Below are positions 58,601 to 64,000 of a stretch of DNA of 64,000 nucleotides, piece by piece. The DNA lies in NCBI GenBank assembly GCA_964035545.1, contig OZ037765.1, forward strand, positions 7,450,698-7,514,697. The letters are read 5' to 3'. The notes under the pieces were generated by a model, which made no database searches, was not told where the DNA came from, and saw nothing but the letters and a program-made list of their open reading frames with translations. The position numbers and the translations under genes were made by a program. The stretch comes from Bugula neritina (taxonomy: Eukaryota; Animalia; Bryozoa). Numbering within the stretch: position 1 is the stretch's first letter; each line of letters opens with the position of its first letter.

Positions 58601-61600
58601 TTCAACTTTAATAAAAATATATATAAATTGAGGAATATATACTCAATTTGGATATCTGTTCTCTTCAAACTACATATATTGGGTAGAAAGTTGTTTCGTA
58701 ATAAGTTAGTGAAGTTAGCTAAGCAAATATTTTATGAATTGTTATTATTTATGAAGTTTAATGTTTGAATAATATTAAATTTGAGTATTCACTAATTTTA
58801 ATAGAGTAAAGCTTGAAACTGTAGGTATACTGTTCTTTATTTTCCATATTAATGTTTATAGTTTATATCAGGTGATTATACATTACCTGCTAATGATTTT
58901 AAATACTACTTTGAAATATCTTTGTTTACAGTTCAGTCGTAGTGGGCAACCTTGAAATGAAAGACAAAGAATTGGCGCAGAATATACGAAGCGCTATGCT
59001 CAATATTGCTGAAAATGGCATTGGAGGACCAAACAACATTCAAAAATTCCACTTGAATTTAAATAATTTGCCATCATTGCCAGTTTTTGTTTCTGATGGT
59101 AAGTTTTCTAAAATAAAAAAATGCGCTTTTTGTATTTCATTGTAAAAATTCGGCCTATATTAGATTGTTAAAATCTTTACAGTTATTGTCCTCTTCAAAT
59201 ATAAAGTTTAAGGATTTTGTAGAAAACTTGTCTTTTAATACTTCGGGGAAAAATTTAAATTTCTAGAGCTTACCTTTTCATAGAAAAAAAATACCCCATT
59301 TCTTCTTGTGTGAAACTCGTGAGATTCATACAATAAACACACATTGCTCATTAGGCTATTGGCCTGAATAACTTTTTGTACCTATTGATTTTTTTTCATT
59401 TTCACCTATGAATAATCTCATTGGTGTTGGTCAATTGTGCGGTACTCCTAGTTATGATCATCAGAACTTGTCATATTCTTATATTTCAAGTGGACAGATC
59501 AGCTGTTCCAATACCCAAGCTCCATAAACAGTCTGTGCCTAAGCCAACCTCCAAAGTAGAAGAAGTATCTACTATTGATGGTAAAGTCAAGATCGGAAAA
59601 GATGGAACTGTTTCAATTTACCAAAAGAATGGGCGTGTTTCGCGTATTATAGGCATGTTGTCCATTGCTACTTTAAATCTTGTAGAAATAGTGATATTTC
59701 TGGTAAAAAGTGTTAGGAGTTGCCTATAAAAACAATTAACATGTAAAGAGGTTTTGTAAGCTCCACTTCGCTCAATTTTAGCCAATATTGACCTGTAATA
59801 CACTTTCTACTAAATGAAAATGTTGTGTGCGTGCAAAAATTGTTAAAGAAAGTTTTTGTCATGCATTATTCAACTAGAAAAATTTCACATCAGGGCATTT
59901 GGTTACCAGTTTTAAAACCTATGTATGCTGCCTGGTAATCTAAATATTTCAATAGCGTCTTTTGATGGGCTGGAAAATATGACGATGTTTAGCAACTCAT
60001 TGGCTACTGAATTTAAAACGTTTTATTTGTTTTTACTTTGTTCTGCAAGAGAGAATATAGCGTATGATTAGATTTACCATTGTGTATTGTGTTGTTAGGT
60101 GGGGGACAAGATTCCAAGAAGGTAAAACGTCTTAAAAAAGGAGCAAAACTTTTGAAAACTGATGATGGAGCGAAACAGCGAAAAGTAGCTAAGGGGGCAG
60201 CTAGTCCTTCCCAAGCAAAGCAAGTGAAAACTGCATTAAAACAAGCAGCTTCAGATGCACAGCTGAATGCTAAATCAAAACAGAAGAAGAATGCGACACC
60301 AAAAGCCTCTGGCGCAGTAGTGCCGCCAAAATCAGCAAAGAAATTGAATTCAAATGCCGGCAGTCCTGCAGCAAAGGCTTCTATGGCATCTCCGCTAGCT
60401 CAGAAGGTGACTGCTTCTGAACTAGTAGAGGGAGATGCTGAGATGTCAACTGAGGCACCTCCTGCATTGAATACCAGTGGCGTATCTAAATCGACCCCAA
60501 AACCCAAGTCTGCCAAAAAAATAAAGCCCGCAACTGCATCTAAACTAAAGCCTGTGTCAAGTAATGCAGATGCAAGTTCAGCTACTCCTAAAAGTATGGT
60601 CACCAGCGCTGATAAAGTTACTAAATTGAACAAGTCTGCATCAAAACTTGCAAAGACGCCAAAATCTGCAGTAACACCCGAAGGAGTTTCAAGCCCAAAA
60701 AAAGAAGACATGAAGCAAGTGAAAACTGCCTTAAAACAAGCAGCTTCAGATGCACAGCTGAATGCTGAGTCAGAACAGAAGAAGAATGCGACACCAAAAG
60801 CCTCTGACACAGTAGTGCCGCCAAAATCAGCAAAGAAATTGAATTCAAATGCTGGCAGTCCTGCAGCAAAGGCTTCTATGGCATCTCCGCTAGCTCAGAA
60901 GGTGACTGCTTCTGAACTAGTAGAGGGAGATGCTGAGATGTCAATTAAGGCATCTCCTGCATTGAATGCCAGTGGCGTATCTAAATCGATCCCAAAACCC
61001 AAGTCTGCTAAAAAACTAGAGCCTGCGTTGAGTAATGCAGATGCAAACGCAGCTACTCCTAAAAGTATCGTCACCAGCGCTGATAAAGTTACTAAATTGA
61101 ACAAGTCTACATCAAAACTTGCAAAGACGCCAAAATCTGCAGTAACACCCGAAGGAGTTTCAAGCCCAAAAACAGAAGACATGAAGCAAGTGAAAACTGC
61201 ATTAAAACAAGCAGCTTCAGATTCACAGCTGAATGCTGAATCAAAACAGAAGAAGAATGTGACACCAAAAGCCTCTGACACAGTAGTGCCGCCAAAATCA
61301 GCAAAGAAATTGAATTCAAATGCCGGCAGTCCTTCAGTTGAACTTGAGAAAGATGCAGCAAAGGCTTCCAAGGCATCTCCACTAGCTCAGAAGGTGACTG
61401 CTTCTGAACTAGTAGAAAGAGATGCTGAGATGTCAATTAAGGCATCTCCTGCATTGAATGCCAGTGGCGTATCTAAATCGACCCCAAAACCCAAGTCTGC
61501 TAAAAAAATAAAGCTTGCGTTGAGTAATGCAGATGCAAACGCAGCTACTCCTAAAAGTATCGTCACCAGCGCTGATAAAGTTACTAAATTGAACAAGTCT

Positions 61601-62080
61601 ATATCAAAACTTGCAAAGACGCCAAAATCTGCAGTAACACTCAAAGGAGTTTCAAGCCCAAAAACAGAAGGCATGGAATTGGCTACACCAAAACTTGCAA
61701 AAACTGGAGATGGTAATTCACCGGGCTTGCCCGTCAAAGAATTGAAGAAGTCTGGTGAAAAAGCACGTGACCCTAGTAAGAATGGAAGTGAGAAAGAGAA
61801 TAATGTCGAGTCTACTTCATCTGTCGTGGTTGTAAACAAACGGAAAAGTGTAGATGCTGGTGTAAAAGATGACGGCGCCAGTGAAATTACAAACGTGAAG
61901 AAGGCTCGTAAGTCGGCATTGGCCACTCCCAAGGTGTCCCAAAATGGTGGAAAGGAAGTAGCACCTAAGTCTGTGAAAGCCTCCCCAGTTGTGCCTATGA
62001 TAACTCCACCAGGTGCCAAAAGAGTGTTGAGATCCAAGAATCGTAATACTTGCAAAAAGGCTTCACCCAAATCTGCCTGA
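55660..62080 (+). CDS. RSL1D1: Ribosomal L1 domain-containing protein 1 with a long repetitive basic C-terminus, 8 exons
   Basis: Exons ~55660-55695, 56626-56768, 57330-57477, 57578-57726, 58428-58529, 58932-59098, 59490-59652, 60099-62080. Motifs IALPHS, DVCLFV, LKLEYQTYEARRALASRYDCFFADEKIMRLLPSLLGKSFF..KFPLQV, SLPVF. Confidence 0.88.
55800..56050. repeat. 6-bp-periodic tract in RSL1D1 intron 1
   Basis: TGATACTGGTAGTGGTAGTGATACTGATTC; TTCATATTAATATTCATATTGAATTTGATATTG; ATGTTCATGTTCAGTAATGATT. Confidence 0.65.
60218..61670 (+). repeat. Three tandem coding repeats of ~470-495 bp (~160 aa) in the last RSL1D1 exon
   Basis: Units start with KQVKTALKQAASD at ~60218, ~60713 and ~61184; near-identical at the DNA level with in-frame indels. 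Confidence 0.95.
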
Positions 62081-63202
62081 TCACTGTAAAGACTATAAGT
62101 CACTACTTTTCACCCGTTTTATTTCTCGAAGTAATCTAGCGGATGAATAGTTTTATACTCTTATACACTTCATAATGCATTTTTTACTATGGTATTTACT
62201 ATATATTCATAAATATAGTAGACATATGTATTATATACATGCATGTAAATGAGTAACCATGGCTTTTATAACTGCTCTCATTTGTTAGTAGTAATGTATA
62301 GGCACATAGTTAAATTCTCTGTATTATGTGTCCTATTCACACAATTGTTAATAGACTCGAATAGCATGGCCCAGCAATGAAAGAATGGCCGTCTTGTACA
62401 TTAGGTATTGTGATGTGTCGTTTCTAAAATTAGACTTCTCGAGAAAGTTATAGCTCTTAAGGTTCTTCTGCAGTAACTAGTGCAGATAATGGTAAATCAT
62501 TAGGGCTATATTCTTAATGCATAAAATTAACAGGTACTGGCTTCAAGTGTAAAATTGTTAAATTTGTGAAGAGAGAGCACAACTACGAATCAAATTCTTT
62601 GTAATACATTAGGCCTTGAGGCATACTAAAAGTGGTGGGTTTGCACAGCAAGTACAAGTAATACCAAGTACCTTAATATTTCACTAGAACATTTGTACTT
62701 TTACCATCTCTGCTGCCTATGTGTTGTGTTGTCTACTTAAACAAAGCAGATAATTATTTCAATTTGACTAGTTCTTGTAATTTCCTGATAAAATAAAAAA
62801 AACTTAACTTGACTCAACATTAAGACTCCTGGTAGCCTTTGTGATGCCAACTCAGCTCTGCTACAGTACCTATGTAAATTAATATCTGTAGAATCACCTT
62901 GAGATGTTTGACACAAGTATGAACCATTGTTTCACAAGTGTTCTAACTCCATTTTTATTGGCACGTAGTGTGGAGCAAACTAAAGCCTATATTTCATACT
63001 ATAAAGGGAATGATAAATGCATAATATCAACATGAAATCTATGCAAACAGTACCTTTCAAGTGTAAAGAAAAAACAACAGCAGAAATAAATGAGTATTAT
63101 TTACATCATATGAGATTTGTCATTAAGAAATAATGGAAATAGTAGTAGTCAGGAATGCTAAAAGCCAAATAGTTCAAGTATAACATTTGATATGCTATTT
63201 GA

Positions 63203-63904
63203 TTAATAATTTATTTTCTTCTGAGCACCGGCCTTCTTTTGCCACAGATGATTGTGAATAGTAACTGCATCAAGAGAAACCGACAAATGCTTGGTTGACA
63301 AAACTTCTGTGAAATTCTTTCCTCCAGAGTTATATCTTCAAATACATGTAAAATTATAATTATTTCCTATTCAATGCCCTACCACATAGAAAAGAAGCAA
63401 AGTGGTCATATTATGCCATCAAGGTTCTAGCTGTATCCAGCCAAGCTAAGTTACATTGTTAGATTTGCACCATGATAAACTATTTTGTGTAACAGCTTTG
63501 AAAAACATCATTGTTAAATTGGGGAATTATTTCTAATTGATAACCTTCAGTACACTCACAAAAGTTGATTTGTTGCAGGAAAAAGAGGAAATGCTTGCAT
63601 TGCTGTCAAATACATGAGGCACATATTTTCTATTTACCACAACTATAACCAATAGTGGAATGGAATTTAATACAAATTAAATAAAAATCTTACAAATTTT
63701 AAGTTAACTAATCAATTTTAAGAATATTATAGATGCTCACTTGTAGAACCTGTGACACATGTCATCTTGGATAAACCTTGGCCCTTGGCCATGCACTTTG
63801 ACACATTGCTGTGAGTCGGGACAAAAACTGTACACAGCTTTGTATGTTTGGTTTCCATCTCGAAAGAGAATCAGAAAGTGTTTCCCGTCAGATTTAGCTA
63901 ATTC
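63203..63904 (-). CDS. CAMSAP: CAMSAP/Patronin microtubule minus-end protein, last two exons (CKK domain); gene continues beyond the window
   Basis: Exon 63904-63741 ELAKSDGKHFLILFRDGNQTYKAVYSFCPDSQQCVKVHGQGP..FYK and exon 63335-63203 YNSGGKNF..STKHLSVSLDAVTIHNHLWQKK..*; typical CKK signature. Confidence 0.88.
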
Positions 63905-64000
63905 CTGTAAAATATTTCGACAAAATTAATAGCATTTTGCAAAAACAGAATTTTAAAATTTAAAAATGTTGCGAATTTTACATAATTGCTTGATAGCAAA

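Noticed and set aside
60400-62103. Long minus-strand ORFs (136, 158, 238 aa)
   Set aside because: Antisense shadows of the low-complexity RSL1D1 repeats

Overview
AT-rich, intron-rich animal (invertebrate-like) nuclear DNA; the species cannot be fixed from the sequence alone. Nine protein-coding genes can be reconstructed by hand with GT-AG introns: an SLC22 transporter (+), SCO1/2 (-), NDUFA9 (+), DNAI7/CASC1 (-), ETFRF1/LYRM5 (+), U2AF2 (+), an MKK3/6 kinase (-), RSL1D1 (+) and the 3' end of CAMSAP/Patronin (-). A tandem duplication (~13.65-21.29 kb vs ~21.3-27.13 kb) left an intact NDUFA9 beside a DNAI7 3' remnant, and a decayed NDUFA9 beside the intact DNAI7. It also duplicated an unknown antisense spliced ORF, and the second copy carries a Tc1 transposon. 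Main observations: (1) degenerate 6-bp-periodic A-N-T-N-N-N tracts lie in the first intron of seven of the eight genes whose 5' end is in the window (all except SLC22), and an eighth tract has no assigned gene; this is a candidate undescribed promoter-proximal DNA signature. (2) A minimal type I hammerhead ribozyme lies in the sense strand of an SLC22 intron. (3) U2AF2 has two candidate splicing-autoregulation devices, a poison exon and an array of decoy 5' splice sites. (4) DNAI7 and ETFRF1 are head-to-head as in human, and the ETFRF1 leader holds a spliced 65-codon uORF. (5) RSL1D1 ends in three ~160-aa repeats rich in S/T-P-K motifs. Exon coordinates were read by eye and may be off by a few bases.
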